From assembly GCA_902595725.1 (NCBI GenBank), contig CACJRJ010000002.1, forward strand, positions 2,501 to 66,500: a stretch of 64,000 bases of DNA. Reading direction: 5' to 3'. Below, piece by piece: positions 18,858 through 31,221 of the stretch (the stretch's first letter is position 1; each line of letters begins with the position of its first letter). The notes below the pieces were generated by a model that saw only the letters and a program-made list of their open reading frames with translations, ran no database searches and had not been told where the DNA came from. Source of the DNA: an uncultured Pelagibacteraceae bacterium. Lineage in GTDB: Bacteria; Pseudomonadota; Alphaproteobacteria; Pelagibacterales; Pelagibacteraceae. A program made the position numbers and the translations under genes.

Positions 18858-21734
18858 TTAAGCTATTTTTTTAAATTTATTGTTCAAAATATGTTTAAGA
18901 AATTGGCCTGTATAACTTTCTTTTACATTGCAAACTTCTTCTGGTTTTCCTTCTGCGATTATTTGTCCACCTTTGACACCACCTTCAGGCCCCATATCTA
19001 CAATGTAATCAGCTGTCTTTATTACATCTAGATTATGTTCAATTACCACAACTGTATTTCCTGTTGCTACAAATGCTTGTAAAATTTCTAATAGTTTTTT
19101 TATATCATGCTGATGTAATCCAGTAGTAGGTTCATCTAATATATACATGGTTCGACCTGTAGATCTTTTTGATAATTCTTTCGCAAGTTTGATTCTTTGT
19201 GCTTCGCCACCAGATAATGTTGTAGCCTGTTGACCAATTTTTATATAACCAAGTCCCACTTTTTTTAATGTTAATAATTTTGATCTAATATTAGAAATGT
19301 TTTCAAAATATTCACAACCTTCATCTACTGTCATATTTAATACATCTGCTATACTTTTTTCTTTAAATTTTACTTCCAATGTTTCTCTATTATATCTTGT
19401 ACCCTTGCATTCATCACATTGAATATAAACATCAGGCAAAAAATGCATTTCATATGTAATTACACCGTCACCCTCGCAAGCTTCGCATCTACCTCCTTTA
19501 ACATTAAAAGAAAATCTACCAGGCTTATACCCTCTACTTTTTGACTCCGGCAATGCTGTAAACCAATCTCTTATTGGTCCAAAAGCTCCTGTATAAGTTG
19601 CTGGATTAGATCTAGGCGTTCTTCCTATTGGAGACTGATCAATATCAATTACTTTATCTATCAATTCTATACCCTTAAATCCTTTAAAAGGTTTAGGTAT
19701 TTTTCGTGATTTATTGTTATTTAAGGTAAGATTTAGAGCATTATATAATGTTTGTAATATCATTGTAGATTTTCCACTTCCTGATACGCCAGTAACACAA
19801 GTAAGACTTCCTAAAGGAATTTTTAAGTTTACATTTTTAAGATTATTACCTGTTGCTCCACTAATTTCTAAAAATCTCCCATTTTTAGCTAACCTTCTAT
19901 TTTTTGGAATTGGGATATAATATTTGTGAGATAAATATTTACCAGTTATACTTTTTTCACTTTTAGCAATATCCTGGAAACTTCCTTCAACTACAATTTC
20001 TCCACCATTATTACCAGCCTCTGGCCCTAGATCAATTATATGATCTGCGTTTTCCATTGTCTCTGTATCATGTTCAACAACTATTACAGTATTTCCTAAA
20101 TCTCTTAATCTTTTTAAGGCATTGATTAATTTTATGTTATCCTTTTGATGCAAACCAATCGATGGTTCATCTAAAACATACAAAACTCCTGTAAGACCAG
20201 AACCTATTTGTGATGCTAATCTTATTCTTTGAGACTCTCCTCCAGATAAAGTTCCAGACTCTCTTGAGAGTGTTAAATAATCAAGACCAACATTAAGTAA
20301 AAAATCTAGTCTTTCATTTATTTCTTTTAATATATGTTCAGCTATTTTTAATCTTGTATTATCTAATTTTTTTTCTAATAACTTAAACCAATTGATAGCA
20401 TCTAAAATCGATTTTTCGGCTATTTCACTAATATTTAGATTATCAATTTTTACACACAATGCTTCTTCTTTTAATCTGTACCCATTACATCTTTCACATT
20501 TTGTATCAGATTGATATTGAGAAATTTCTTCTCTTTTCCAATCACTATCTGTTTCTAAATATCTCCTCTCTAAATTATTTATTACACCTTCAAAAGTTTT
20601 TTTGTGTGAATATTTTTCATATCCATCATCATAACTAAATTTTATTTCTTCATCATCTGACCCATAAAGAATAATATCTTTAATTTTTTTTGGGAGTTTT
20701 TCCCATTTTTGCTCTAACGAAAACCCATAATGTTTCGAAAGGGATGATAGTGTTTGCGCATAATATAGAGTTGTTGTCTTTGCCCAAGGTAAGATTGCAC
20801 CATCTAAGATTGTTTTTTTTTCATTAGGTACTACTAAGTTTGGATCAACATTCAATTTTACACCTATACCATCACATTCTTCACATGCTCCATATGGACT
20901 ATTAAAAGAAAATAATCTAGGCTCAATTTCTTCAATTGTAAAACCACTTTCTGGACAAGCAAACTTTGTTGAAAAAATAATTTTTTCTATTTTTCTAAAT
21001 TTTTTTGGCAATGTTTCATTTTCATATTCAACAAACAATAATCCATTTGCTAAATTTACAGCTGTTTCAACACTTTCAGCTAACCTGTTACCAAGAGATG
21101 AATTTAATATTATTCGATCTACTAATACTGAAATGTCATGTTTAATTTTTTTATTTAACTCTGGTACATTATCAATTTCATATACCTGATTATCAACTTT
21201 AATTTTTCTGAAACCTCTCTTTTTATATGATAAAATATCCTTTTTATATTCACCTTTACGTCCACGTACTACCGGTGCATATAAATATATTGTAGATTTT
21301 TTCGGCAACTCTTTAATTTTATCTACAATTTGTGAAATTGTTTGTGAAGTTATAGGTTTTCCTGTAAATGGTGAATAAGGAATTCCAGCTCTTGCATATA
21401 AAACTCTCATATAATCATAAATTTCAGTAACTGTAGCAACTGTAGATCTTGGATTTTTTGAAGTATTTTTTTGTTCAATTGATATAGCAGGACTTAGACC
21501 TTCTATTAAATCAACTTTTGGTTTCTTCATTTTATCTAGAAACTGCCTTGCATAAGCAGATAAACTTTCAACGTATCGTCTTTGACCTTCTGCATATATT
21601 GTATCGAATGCCAAAGAGGATTTTCCAGATCCTGAAAGACCAGTTATAACGACAAATTTGTCCTTTGGAATTTCCAAAGAAATATTCTTTAAATTGTGTT
21701 CTTTTGCGCCTTTAATAACTATCTTTTTAAGCAT
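18858..21734 (-). CDS. uvrA: Excinuclease ABC subunit A
   Basis: [23 protein letters not shown]; two ABC ATPase domains. Confidence 0.99.
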   Translation of the reverse strand: MLKKIVIKGAKEHNLKNISLEIPKDKFVVITGLSGSGKSSLAFDTIYAEGQRRYVESLSAYARQFLDKMKKPKVDLIEGLSPAISIEQKNTSKNPRSTVATVTEIYDYMRVLYARAGIPYSPFTGKPITSQTISQIVDKIKELPKKSTIYLYAPVVRGRKGEYKKDILSYKKRGFRKIKVDNQVYEIDNVPELNKKIKHDISVLVDRIILNSSLGNRLAESVETAVNLANGLLFVEYENETLPKKFRKIEKIIFSTKFACPESGFTIEEIEPRLFSFNSPYGACEECDGIGVKLNVDPNLVVPNEKKTILDGAILPWAKTTTLYYAQTLSSLSKHYGFSLEQKWEKLPKKIKDIILYGSDDEEIKFSYDDGYEKYSHKKTFEGVINNLERRYLETDSDWKREEISQYQSDTKCERCNGYRLKEEALCVKIDNLNISEIAEKSILDAINWFKLLEKKLDNTRLKIAEHILKEINERLDFLLNVGLDYLTLSRESGTLSGGESQRIRLASQIGSGLTGVLYVLDEPSIGLHQKDNIKLINALKRLRDLGNTVIVVEHDTETMENADHIIDLGPEAGNNGGEIVVEGSFQDIAKSEKSITGKYLSHKYYIPIPKNRRLAKNGRFLEISGATGNNLKNVNLKIPLGSLTCVTGVSGSGKSTMILQTLYNALNLTLNNNKSRKIPKPFKGFKGIELIDKVIDIDQSPIGRTPRSNPATYTGAFGPIRDWFTALPESKSRGYKPGRFSFNVKGGRCEACEGDGVITYEMHFLPDVYIQCDECKGTRYNRETLEVKFKEKSIADVLNMTVDEGCEYFENISNIRSKLLTLKKVGLGYIKIGQQATTLSGGEAQRIKLAKELSKRSTGRTMYILDEPTTGLHQHDIKKLLEILQAFVATGNTVVVIEHNLDVIKTADYIVDMGPEGGVKGGQIIAEGKPEEVCNVKESYTGQFLKHILNNKFKKIA

Positions 21735-21825
21735 AATTTTTGTTGCATTAATTTAATTAAATTAATATTCAAGTAAAAATGTGTTATATATATACATAAA
21801 TCAAATCAAAAAAATTTAATTTTAT

Positions 21826-22272
21826 ATGGCAGGAAGTTTAAATAAAGTATTATTAATAGGTCGATTAGGCGCAGACCCTGAAATCAAACAAATGGTTAAT
21901 GGTAAAAGTGTTGCTAGATTAAGCTTAGCAACAAGCCAAACATGGAAAGATAAGAATTCAGGAGAAAAAAAAGAAAAAACTGAATGGCATAGGGTAGTTG
22001 TTTTTAACGAAGGTCTTGTAAATGTAGTTCAACAATATTTAAAAAAAGGTGCTCAAGTTTATATAGAAGGTCAATTAACAACAAGAAAATGGAAAGATGA
22101 AAAAAGTGGACAAGATAAATATTCAACAGAGGTTGTGATTCAAGGATTTAATTCATCATTAACTATGCTTGGTGGTGGTAATCAAGGTTCTGTATCTTCA
22201 CAAGAAAATAAAAATTTTAATCAAGATATTCAACCAGCACAAAACGAACTAGATGACGATATTCCATTTTAG
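21826..22272 (+). CDS. ssb: Single-stranded DNA-binding protein
   Basis: [24 protein letters not shown]-terminal DDDIPF. Confidence 0.98.
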   Translation: MAGSLNKVLLIGRLGADPEIKQMVNGKSVARLSLATSQTWKDKNSGEKKEKTEWHRVVVFNEGLVNVVQQYLKKGAQVYIEGQLTTRKWKDEKSGQDKYSTEVVIQGFNSSLTMLGGGNQGSVSSQENKNFNQDIQPAQNELDDDIPF

Positions 22273-22277
22273 TTTTT

Positions 22278-24857
22278 ATGCAAAAAGACGAAATTTCTAA
22301 AAATCAAAATATAAAATCAATATCAATGTATGATGAAATGAGTTCATCATATTTGTCCTATGCTATGAGTGTAATAATTAGCAGAGCATTACCTGATGCT
22401 AGAGATGGATTAAAACCTGTTCATAGAAGAATAATATTTGCAATGCACAAGGGAGGTTTTGACTGGTCAAAACAATTTAGAAAATCAGCAAGAATAGTAG
22501 GAGATGTTATTGGTAAATACCATCCACATGGAGACCAGGCTGTTTACGACGCTCTTGTAAGAATGGTTCAAGATTTTTCTATGAGTTTACCTCTTATAGA
22601 TGGTCAAGGAAATTTTGGATCTATTGATGGAGATCCGCCAGCTGCAATGAGATATACCGAAACAAGACTTTCAAAAATTTCACAATACTTAATCGATGAT
22701 ATAGAAAAAAATACTGTTGAATTTAAAAATAATTATGATGAAACCGAACAAGAACCTACAGTTCTACCAGCTCAATATCCAAACTTACTTGTTAATGGCG
22801 CTGGAGGTATAGCAGTTGGTATGGCTACAAGCATTCCACCTCATAATTTAGGGGAAGTAGTAAATGGTGCGCTTGCGCTAATTGATAATAAAGATATCAA
22901 GTTAAATGAATTAATGAAGCATATACCGGGACCTGACTTTCCAACTGGAGGAACAATAATTGGAAAAAATATTATCAAAGAGGGATATAAAACTGGACGT
23001 GGATCTTTCAAAATTAGAGGCGAAATATCAGTAGAAAATTTAAAAAATAAAAGAGATAGATTAGTTATTACATCCATACCATATCAAGTAAATAAATCTG
23101 TATTAAATGAAAGAATTGCTGAACTTGTTAGAGAAAAAAAAATAGAAGGAATTAGAGATATTAGAGATGAATCAAATAGAGAAGGCATAAGAGTAGCTAT
23201 AGATCTAAGAACAGGAGTAGAGCCTGAGACAGTAAAAAGACAACTTTTTAAATATACATCAATTGAAAGTTCTTTTGGTTTTAACACTTTAGCAATTGTA
23301 AACAACAAACCCAAAACTTGTAATCTTAAAGATTTTTTAGAACAATTTTTAAGTTTTAGAGAAGATGTAGTAGTTAAAAAAACTAAATTTGATCTAAAAA
23401 AAGCTGAAGACAGAGCGCATATATTAATTGGATTATCAATTTCTGTAGAAAATTTAGATAAAATTATAAAAATTATACGTTCATCCAAAACTCCTGATGA
23501 TGCTAAGAAAATTTTATTAAAAAATAAATGGAAAACCTCAAAGACTCAAAAATTTATCAAGCAAATTGAAAATAAAAAAAGTATATCCCAGTATATTTTA
23601 AGTGAACCGCAAGTAAATGCAATTTTAGAACTAAGACTTCAAAAATTAACTGCACTTGGAATTAATGAGATTGAGTTAGAAATTAATAAATTATTAGATT
23701 TAATTTTAAACTATAAAAAAATTTTAAAATCTAAGAAAGAATTATTAAAAGTTATAAGCAATGAATTAAAATTAATAAAAGAAAAATTCTCTGTTCCTAG
23801 AAGAACTAAAATTATCGACGCTGTATTAAATTACGACATAGAAGAAACTATCCAAAAAGAAAGTGTTATAATTACTGTTACTTTACAAGGCTATATAAAA
23901 AGAGGAGCTCTTAGCACAGTTAAGCAGCAAAAAAGAGGTGGTAAAGGAAAAACTGGAATTGTTACTAGAGAAGAAGATTCTGTTGTTCAAACACTTTCAG
24001 TAAATACGCATACACAAGTATTATTTTTTTCAACTGAAGGTTTGGTCTATCGTGTAAAAGCGTGGAAGATTCCTGAAGGATCGTCTATTTCAAGAGGTAA
24101 ATCTTTATTTAATATATTGCCATTAAAAAATCATCAATCCATTAGTTCAATTATGCCTTATCCAGATAAAAATACTGATTCTAGTGGTATGTATATAATT
24201 TTTGCTACCGCAAATGGTAAAATTAGAAAAAATAATTTAGAAGATTTTTCTTCAATAAATACTTCAGGTAAAATTGCAATGAAATTAGACAGTAATGATA
24301 AAATAGTTGGAGTTAAAATTTGTAAAGATGACCAAGATATTATTTTAAGCACCAAGCTTGGAAAATGTATAAGGTTTGAAGCGAAAAAACTTAGAGTTTT
24401 TAAAGGAAGATCTTCAAAAGGTATTAGAGGTATAAACTTGCATCAAAACGATAGCATTGTTTCTTTATCAATAATTAACCATGAGAATAGTAAAAAAAAT
24501 GGAAAATTGGATAAAAATGAAAAAGCTGAATTAAAAGCTAAGGAAAAATTTATATTATCAATAACTGAAAATGGCTACGGAAAAAGAACGGATCATAATG
24601 ATTATAGAGTTACTAATAGAGGTGGAAAAGGAATTATAGGAATAGTTAATTCTTCAAGAAATGGCAATGTTTCATCTTCTTTTCCTGTTAATGAAGGTGA
24701 TGAAATATTAATTTCAACAAACAAGGGCAGAGTTATTAGAACAGCAGTTAAAGAAATTAGAGTTGCAGGTAGAAATACCCAAGGAGTTAGAATAATTAAA
24801 CTTTCTGGAGAAGAAAAAGTAGTTTCTGCAATTAAAATTGATGATAACTTAGTTTAA
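22278..24857 (+). CDS. gyrA: DNA gyrase subunit A
   Basis: [22 protein letters not shown], GyrA box QKRGGKG. Confidence 0.98.
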   Translation: MQKDEISKNQNIKSISMYDEMSSSYLSYAMSVIISRALPDARDGLKPVHRRIIFAMHKGGFDWSKQFRKSARIVGDVIGKYHPHGDQAVYDALVRMVQDFSMSLPLIDGQGNFGSIDGDPPAAMRYTETRLSKISQYLIDDIEKNTVEFKNNYDETEQEPTVLPAQYPNLLVNGAGGIAVGMATSIPPHNLGEVVNGALALIDNKDIKLNELMKHIPGPDFPTGGTIIGKNIIKEGYKTGRGSFKIRGEISVENLKNKRDRLVITSIPYQVNKSVLNERIAELVREKKIEGIRDIRDESNREGIRVAIDLRTGVEPETVKRQLFKYTSIESSFGFNTLAIVNNKPKTCNLKDFLEQFLSFREDVVVKKTKFDLKKAEDRAHILIGLSISVENLDKIIKIIRSSKTPDDAKKILLKNKWKTSKTQKFIKQIENKKSISQYILSEPQVNAILELRLQKLTALGINEIELEINKLLDLILNYKKILKSKKELLKVISNELKLIKEKFSVPRRTKIIDAVLNYDIEETIQKESVIITVTLQGYIKRGALSTVKQQKRGGKGKTGIVTREEDSVVQTLSVNTHTQVLFFSTEGLVYRVKAWKIPEGSSISRGKSLFNILPLKNHQSISSIMPYPDKNTDSSGMYIIFATANGKIRKNNLEDFSSINTSGKIAMKLDSNDKIVGVKICKDDQDIILSTKLGKCIRFEAKKLRVFKGRSSKGIRGINLHQNDSIVSLSIINHENSKKNGKLDKNEKAELKAKEKFILSITENGYGKRTDHNDYRVTNRGGKGIIGIVNSSRNGNVSSSFPVNEGDEILISTNKGRVIRTAVKEIRVAGRNTQGVRIIKLSGEEKVVSAIKIDDNLV

Positions 24858-25351
24858 TGAAAAAAACTGCTATATATCCAGGAACATTTGATCCAATCAC
24901 ATACGGTCATATTGATGTAATACAAAAATCATTAAAAATTGTTGATAAAATAATTGTCGCTATATCTAATGGTAATCAAAAAAGATATTTATTTTCAATT
25001 GATGAAAGAATTGAAATAGTAAAAAAAGCTCTTTTCTCTGATTTAAGATTCAATAAAAATAAAATAAAAGTAATTTCATTTAATTCTTTAACTACTGATT
25101 TGTGCGCAAAATATAAATCTAACATTATTCTAAGGGGTTTAAGAGCCGCATCAGATTTTGAATATGAATTTCAATTAGCTGGAATGAATAGAAAGCTTAA
25201 TAACAAAATTGAAACAATTTTTTTAATGTCAGATGTAAAAAATCAAATTATATCTTCAAGACTTATAAAAGAAGTAGCAGAATTAAATGGTGATATAAAA
25301 AAATTTACCACTAAAAGTACAATCAATTCATTAAAGAAAAAATATGAATAA
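24857..25351 (+). CDS. coaD: Phosphopantetheine adenylyltransferase
   Basis: YPGTFDPITYGH, RGLRAASDFEYE. Confidence 0.97.
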   Translation: MKKTAIYPGTFDPITYGHIDVIQKSLKIVDKIIVAISNGNQKRYLFSIDERIEIVKKALFSDLRFNKNKIKVISFNSLTTDLCAKYKSNIILRGLRAASDFEYEFQLAGMNRKLNNKIETIFLMSDVKNQIISSRLIKEVAELNGDIKKFTTKSTINSLKKKYE

Positions 25352-25904
25352 ATATCTTGCTAATATAATAATTATTAGTTTGATTTTTTTTAACAATGCT
25401 TACTCGAAGGAAAATATAATGATATTAAAACTTAAAGACGGAGATGTAAAAATTGAACTTTTCGAAGATGTTGCTCCAAAACATGTAGAAAGAATCAAAA
25501 AACTTGCAAACGAGGGCTCGTATGACAATGTTGTTTTTCATAGAGTCATAGATGGATTTATGGCTCAAACTGGTGATGTTAAATTTGGCAATTCATCATC
25601 TAAGGATTACGATTTAAGAAGGGCGGGCATGGGTGGATCTGATTTACCAGATCTTCCTTCTGAATTTAATGATTTGCCACATGAAAAAGGAACACTTTCA
25701 ATGGCTAGGTCATCTGATCCAAATAGTGCTAATAGTCAATTTTTTATTTGTTTCCAGCCTGCGCCTTTTTTAGATAGAAATTACACTGTCTTCGGAAAAG
25801 TAATTGAAGGCATGGAAAATGTTGATAAAATTAAAAGAGGTGATTCAAATAATAACGGCGCTGTTAATGACCCAGATAAGATTATAAGTTTTAAATCCTT
25901 ATAA
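25344..25904 (+). CDS. Cyclophilin-type peptidyl-prolyl isomerase, exported
   Basis: Signal peptide; FHRVIDGFMAQTGD, SMARSSDPNSANSQFFI. Confidence 0.95.
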   Translation: MNKYLANIIIISLIFFNNAYSKENIMILKLKDGDVKIELFEDVAPKHVERIKKLANEGSYDNVVFHRVIDGFMAQTGDVKFGNSSSKDYDLRRAGMGGSDLPDLPSEFNDLPHEKGTLSMARSSDPNSANSQFFICFQPAPFLDRNYTVFGKVIEGMENVDKIKRGDSNNNGAVNDPDKIISFKSL

Positions 25905-25915
25905 TTATAACATCA

Positions 25916-27028
25916 ATGGCATTAAAAAAGTTTTCTTTTAATGTTAACGAAACACATAATCAAGCAAGGTTAGGAGTAATAAAAACACACAGAGGCAATA
26001 TAAGCACTCCTGCATTTATGCCAGTCGGTACCCAAGCCACAATAAAAGGTGTGTTTATTGATGATATAATTAAAACCGGTAGTGAAATTATATTGTCTAA
26101 TACTTACCATCTAATGATTAGACCAGGTGTTGAGAGAATAGAGTCATCTGGTGGATTACATCAATTTATGAATTGTAAATTACCTATCCTTACTGACTCT
26201 GGAGGTTTTCAGGTAATGTCTTTATCTAAACTCAATAAAATAGATAAAGAGAAAGGCGCAATATTTCAATCTCACATAGATGGAAAACGATTTGTTTTGA
26301 GCCCTGAAGAAAGTATTAGAATTCAGAAATCTCTTAATTCAGATATTGTGATGGTAATGGATGAATGTCCAAAAAAAAGTGATGATTATAAAAAAATAAA
26401 AAAATCTATGGAATTATCAATGCATTGGGCCAATAGATCTAAAAAAGCTTTTGGTAAAAATCCTCACAAAGCTATTTTTGGCATAATCCAAGGAGGATTA
26501 TTTGAAGATTTAAGAATCAGTTCCTTAGAAAGATTATTAGATATTAATTTTAATGGATATGCAGTTGGCGGCTTAGCAGTTGGAGAAAGTCAAATAGAAA
26601 TGTTCAAAGTTTTGGATAATATAACAAAATTGATACCTAATGATAAACCAAGATATTTAATGGGTGTTGGAACACCATCAGATATATTAGGAGCAGTAAA
26701 AAGAGGTATTGATATGTTTGATTGTGTTTTGCCTACACGCTCAGGAAGAACAGGTTTAGCTTTTACGTGGAATGGAAGGTTAAATATTCGAAATTCTAAA
26801 TATCGTAACGATAATAGTCCACTTGACAATAATACAAGTAATTTTAATTTGAACAAGTATTCCAAAAATTATTTAAATCATTTATTTAATACAAATGAAA
26901 TGCTTGGATCAATGTTATTAACATTGCATAATATAAATTTTTATCAGGAGTTGATGAGCGCAATCAGAAAAAATATTAAAAATGGTACATTTCATGAATT
27001 TCATGATAAATATATTAATAAGCTATAA
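25916..27028 (+). CDS. tgt: tRNA-guanine transglycosylase
   Basis: TPAFMPVGT, LTDSGGFQV, MDECP, GIIQGG, GGLAVGE, DMFDCVLPTR. Confidence 0.97.
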   Translation: MALKKFSFNVNETHNQARLGVIKTHRGNISTPAFMPVGTQATIKGVFIDDIIKTGSEIILSNTYHLMIRPGVERIESSGGLHQFMNCKLPILTDSGGFQVMSLSKLNKIDKEKGAIFQSHIDGKRFVLSPEESIRIQKSLNSDIVMVMDECPKKSDDYKKIKKSMELSMHWANRSKKAFGKNPHKAIFGIIQGGLFEDLRISSLERLLDINFNGYAVGGLAVGESQIEMFKVLDNITKLIPNDKPRYLMGVGTPSDILGAVKRGIDMFDCVLPTRSGRTGLAFTWNGRLNIRNSKYRNDNSPLDNNTSNFNLNKYSKNYLNHLFNTNEMLGSMLLTLHNINFYQELMSAIRKNIKNGTFHEFHDKYINKL

Positions 27029-27075
27029 TATTTAAGATTGATTAAATAAAAAAAATCAATATAAGAAACGTCGTT

Positions 27076-27151
<76 letters not shown>

Positions 27152-27160
27152 CTAATTTAA

Positions 27161-27988
27161 TTAAGATTGTTTTATTGGTGGATAATTTAATGTTACTTCA
27201 TTCATCCACTCATTCAGTTTTTTAATTCTGTTATCTGAAGAAGGATGAGTACTCATAAATTCAGGTGGTTCCTTACCTTTGTTGCTTTCTTTCATTCTTT
27301 CCCAAATTTTTGGAGCCTCTCTTATGTCGTAACCTGATAAAGATGAAAATATTAACCCTAAATAGTCTGCTTCACTTTCCTGTTTTCTATTAAAAGGATT
27401 CATAATTCCAATTTCTGACAATAACCCTACAGTATTCATTCCTGTTGATCTATTTATAGTTGAGAGTTTACCTCCGGTTGCAATATCAATAATACTTGTT
27501 CCAGTCTGTAGTAATACACTTCTACTAGCCCTCTCAACCGAATGTTTTGCAACAGCATGTGCAATTTCATGGCCCATTACAGCTGCAAGTCCGTTTGTAT
27601 TTTTTGTTACTTCTAATATACCTGTATAAACAGCAATTTTTCCACCAGGCATACACCAGGCATTTTTAACTTTATCATTATCAATTAATATATATTCCCA
27701 ATCAAATCCTACTGTAGGATCTTCTATATTAGATCTTTCAAAATATTCACTTATTGAATATTCAATTCTTTTACCAATATTTTTAATTTCATTAAGTTTA
27801 TTAAGATCACTACTCAATTTTTCTCTTTCTTTAACCTTTTCATAAATTTCTGCAGCTTTAGCATTTAGCTTAGATTCGGGAATTATTTTTAATTGCTTTC
27901 TCTCAGTAATTGGTACTGTAGTACATGAGGAGATTCCCATAGATATACACCCACAACCCAGAACTTGTAAAAAAAACCTTCTGTCCAT
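27161..27988 (-). CDS. M48 family metallopeptidase, lipoprotein with Tat-like signal
   Basis: MDRRFFL signal, NAWCMPGGKI, HEIAH, ESEAD, STHPS. Confidence 0.92.
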   Translation of the reverse strand: MDRRFFLQVLGCGCISMGISSCTTVPITERKQLKIIPESKLNAKAAEIYEKVKEREKLSSDLNKLNEIKNIGKRIEYSISEYFERSNIEDPTVGFDWEYILIDNDKVKNAWCMPGGKIAVYTGILEVTKNTNGLAAVMGHEIAHAVAKHSVERASRSVLLQTGTSIIDIATGGKLSTINRSTGMNTVGLLSEIGIMNPFNRKQESEADYLGLIFSSLSGYDIREAPKIWERMKESNKGKEPPEFMSTHPSSDNRIKKLNEWMNEVTLNYPPIKQS

Positions 27989-28095
27989 TTATTTAATTAC
28001 CTATTCTTATTAATAATAATCATAACCAATTCACTTATTTCTACATGATATGCTCGATTTAATCAAAATATTTGCTATAAAATAAGAAATTTATA

Positions 28096-28716
28096 ATGAC
28101 AAAAATTAGAAAAAAAAAATCATCATTAATAGCTAGATTAAGAAATTACTTTATTACAGGGATAATTGTTTTAGTACCAATTGGATTTACTTTATATTTA
28201 ACAATATTTATAATATCTATTTCTTCAAATTTAATACCTAAAGAAATAAATCCAAATAGTTACTTGCCATTTTCTATACCTGGACTTGAAATTGCACTAT
28301 CAATAATTTTTATTACAATAATTGGTTTTATTTCACTTTCTTTTATCGGAAAAAAAATTTTACAAGTAATAAATGATTTGTTAAAAAAAATACCATTTCT
28401 TAGAACAATATATGGCGCCATAGGTCAAATGACCGAAACTTTTGCAAATAAAAAAGGTAAAAAAAAAAGTGTAGTTTTAGTACAATATCCAAGCAAAGGT
28501 ATATGGGCAGTAGGATTTGCTACCAAGGATAACAGGGGAGAAATTAGTAAAAAAACAAATGACAACTTAGTTAATGTATTTGTTCCAACAACGCCAAATC
28601 CAACTAGTGGTTTTTTATTAATGTTTCCTAAAAAAGAAGTAATATATTTAGATATGACATTTGAGGAAGCGTCAAAATTTATAGTTTCTGCAGGAACTTC
28701 AAATCCAAAGAACTAA
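28096..28716 (+). CDS. DUF502 family membrane protein
   Basis: RNYFITG, VFVPTTPNPTSGFL. Confidence 0.9.
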   Translation: MTKIRKKKSSLIARLRNYFITGIIVLVPIGFTLYLTIFIISISSNLIPKEINPNSYLPFSIPGLEIALSIIFITIIGFISLSFIGKKILQVINDLLKKIPFLRTIYGAIGQMTETFANKKGKKKSVVLVQYPSKGIWAVGFATKDNRGEISKKTNDNLVNVFVPTTPNPTSGFLLMFPKKEVIYLDMTFEEASKFIVSAGTSNPKN

Positions 28717-30752
28717 ACAATATCATTTAAAATATCAGCACGATCATATAGTTTTAAAAGCGTCATATATTTATTTAGATCTTGGTTTTCTAGCTCTATT
28801 TTTTTAACTTCTTTTTCTGCTAATAAAAAAAGATCCTCGTTTAATACTGGATCTGCTAATCTAAAGCTTTGTAAACCACTTTGCTTAAATCCAAGTAAAT
28901 CTCCATAACCACGTAATTTCATATCTTCTTCTGATATCTTAAAGCCGTCAGTTGTTTTTTTTAAAATATTTATCCTTTTTTTTGCATTTTGACTTAAATT
29001 CGATTTAAACATTAAAATACAATATGACTCTTTATCACCACGTCCAACCCTACCTCTAAGTTGATGTAATTGTGATAGCCCAAACTTATTAGCATTTTCA
29101 ATAATTATTATATTTGCACTAGGAAAATCAATTCCAACCTCTATTACTGTAGTTGAGACAAGTATATCAATTTTTTTATTTAAAAAATTCAACAAGATAT
29201 TATTTTTTTCTTCTTTATCCAAAGCTCCATGAAGAAGACCTACTCTATTTTTAAATATTTTTTTTAGAAATTCATATCTTTTGACAGATGATTGATGATC
29301 AACTTTCTTTGATTCTTCTATCAACGGACATACCCAAAAAACTTGATTTTTTTCATCTATTTGTTTTTTTACAAACTTAACAACTTCGTCAGTTTTACTA
29401 TCTAGTTTACTATAAGTTTTAATTTCTTTTCTGTTTCTTGGCTTATTTTTAATTATTGATGTATCCATATCTCCATAGATTGTCATAAGCATAGTTCGTG
29501 GAATAGGTGTTGCTGACATGACAAGAACATCACAATTTTTACCCCCTTTATCAGAAAGTTTTTTTCTTTGTTTAACTCCAAATTTATGTTGTTCATCAAT
29601 AATAATTAATCCAAGTTTATTATACTTAATTTTTTCTTGAAATAGAGAATGTGTTCCAATTAAAATATTTATTTTATTATTGATAAGGTTTTTAAGAATA
29701 TTATTTCTTTCATTTCGTTCAGTTTTACTTGTTAAAAGTCCTATGTTTATATGAGCATCAAATAGTTTTTTAGTTAGAGTATAATGTTGTTTTGCAAGTA
29801 TTTCGGTTGGTGCCATCAAACATACTTGAAAACCACTTGAAATAACATTTGCCGAAGCTATTAATGCAACAATAGTTTTTCCACTTCCAACATCTCCTTG
29901 TAAAAGTCTAAACATTTTTTGATTTGATTTTAAATCTTTATTTATTTGCTCTACAGCAGTGTTTTGATCACTTGTTAGCTCAAATCCAAATTTCTTTTTA
30001 ATTTTTAAATATTCCTTATTATCAAAATTCTTTTTAATTTTTTTAATTTTTTTTATGCCTCTTCTTATTTTAGAATTAATTAAAAAGTTTGATATTATTT
30101 CATCAAATATAAGTCTATTTAAAAAGTTTCCTTTTTTATTAATGTTATATGGATTATGTAATTCTATAATTGATTTTTTCCAAGAAATGTAATTAAATTT
30201 TTTTAAAATATCATTGCTCAACCATTCATTTAAATCTGGTAAACTGTTTAGCACTTCGTTGATAATAATATTATACTTTTTTTCTGTAAGTCCTTCAGTT
30301 AGGCTATATTTTGAAAATACTTTTTTTATTGAATCACTTTTTTCTGATATATATGACGGATTTGTTATTTGATATTTTTTATTATAATAACTAATTTTTC
30401 CACTAATTGTTACTCTTGAATTAATTGGAAGGATTTTTTTAATATAACCCTCAAAACTGTTAAAAAATACACATTCTATTTTTCCTGTTTCATCTTCACA
30501 AAATACTTTATTAGGTAAATTTCTAATTCGAGGAAAATTATATTTTATAACATCTACAGTAATAGTTTGTATTTTTCCTATTTGTAATTCATTGATTTTA
30601 ACTAGATTTGTTCGATCTGTTGTATCTCTTGGAATACTCCAAATTAAATCAAATATAGTATTAATGTTCTTTTTTCTAAATAATTTTGAAAGTTTTGGTC
30701 CGATACCTTTTATGGTATTGATATCATTTAATAAGTATTCATATGTATTCAT
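28713..30752 (-). CDS. recG: ATP-dependent DNA helicase RecG
   Basis: RLLQGDVGSGKT, DEQHKFGV, SATPIPRT, QLRGRVGRG. Confidence 0.97.
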   Translation of the reverse strand: MNTYEYLLNDINTIKGIGPKLSKLFRKKNINTIFDLIWSIPRDTTDRTNLVKINELQIGKIQTITVDVIKYNFPRIRNLPNKVFCEDETGKIECVFFNSFEGYIKKILPINSRVTISGKISYYNKKYQITNPSYISEKSDSIKKVFSKYSLTEGLTEKKYNIIINEVLNSLPDLNEWLSNDILKKFNYISWKKSIIELHNPYNINKKGNFLNRLIFDEIISNFLINSKIRRGIKKIKKIKKNFDNKEYLKIKKKFGFELTSDQNTAVEQINKDLKSNQKMFRLLQGDVGSGKTIVALIASANVISSGFQVCLMAPTEILAKQHYTLTKKLFDAHINIGLLTSKTERNERNNILKNLINNKINILIGTHSLFQEKIKYNKLGLIIIDEQHKFGVKQRKKLSDKGGKNCDVLVMSATPIPRTMLMTIYGDMDTSIIKNKPRNRKEIKTYSKLDSKTDEVVKFVKKQIDEKNQVFWVCPLIEESKKVDHQSSVKRYEFLKKIFKNRVGLLHGALDKEEKNNILLNFLNKKIDILVSTTVIEVGIDFPSANIIIIENANKFGLSQLHQLRGRVGRGDKESYCILMFKSNLSQNAKKRINILKKTTDGFKISEEDMKLRGYGDLLGFKQSGLQSFRLADPVLNEDLFLLAEKEVKKIELENQDLNKYMTLLKLYDRADILNDIV

Positions 30753-30770
30753 TATTTTATATATATATCT

Positions 30771-31034
30771 ATGTTTAGTAATAAAGAAGAACTTAAAAAT
30801 AAAATTATTTATAGAGCTTCCTACAGAGGCTCAAAAGAAATGGATATTTTAATGACTAATTTTGTTAACTCAATAATTAATGATTTAAATTTAGAACAGC
30901 TAAATGAATTAAACGAATTTGTAAACATGGATGATGAAACTTTGATTTCAATTAAAAAAAAGGAATTATTAATTAATTTTGAAAATAATTTGATACTTAA
31001 CTTGATAGAAAGTTTTCAAAATTTTAAAATCTAA
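30771..31034 (+). CDS. sdhE: Succinate dehydrogenase assembly factor (SdhE/Sdh5)
   Basis: YRASYRGSKEMD (RGxxE motif); recG-divergent position. Confidence 0.88.
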   Translation: MFSNKEELKNKIIYRASYRGSKEMDILMTNFVNSIINDLNLEQLNELNEFVNMDDETLISIKKKELLINFENNLILNLIESFQNFKI

Positions 31035-31124
31035 TGGCGGAGAGACTGGGATTCGAACCCAGGAAAGAGTTGCCCCTTTGCCGGTTTTCAAGACCGGTGC
31101 TTTCAACCGCTCAGCCATCTCTCC
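31035..31124 (-). tRNA. tRNA-Ser(TGA)
   Basis: GGAGAGA/TCTCTCC acceptor, CCGGT-CTTGAAA-ACCGG anticodon arm, long variable arm, GCCA end. Confidence 0.97.
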
Positions 31125-31221
31125 GTTCGGTTGTTTTTATTAGGTTATTTAATAATATCAACCAAAAATATTATTGGAATTAATACAAGCTACTTGTAGA
31201 CATTTAAATAATCATTAAATT

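Noticed and set aside
21735-21825. LexA box between uvrA and ssb
   Set aside because: No GTTC-N7-GTTC; only an AT-only palindrome that is expected by chance.
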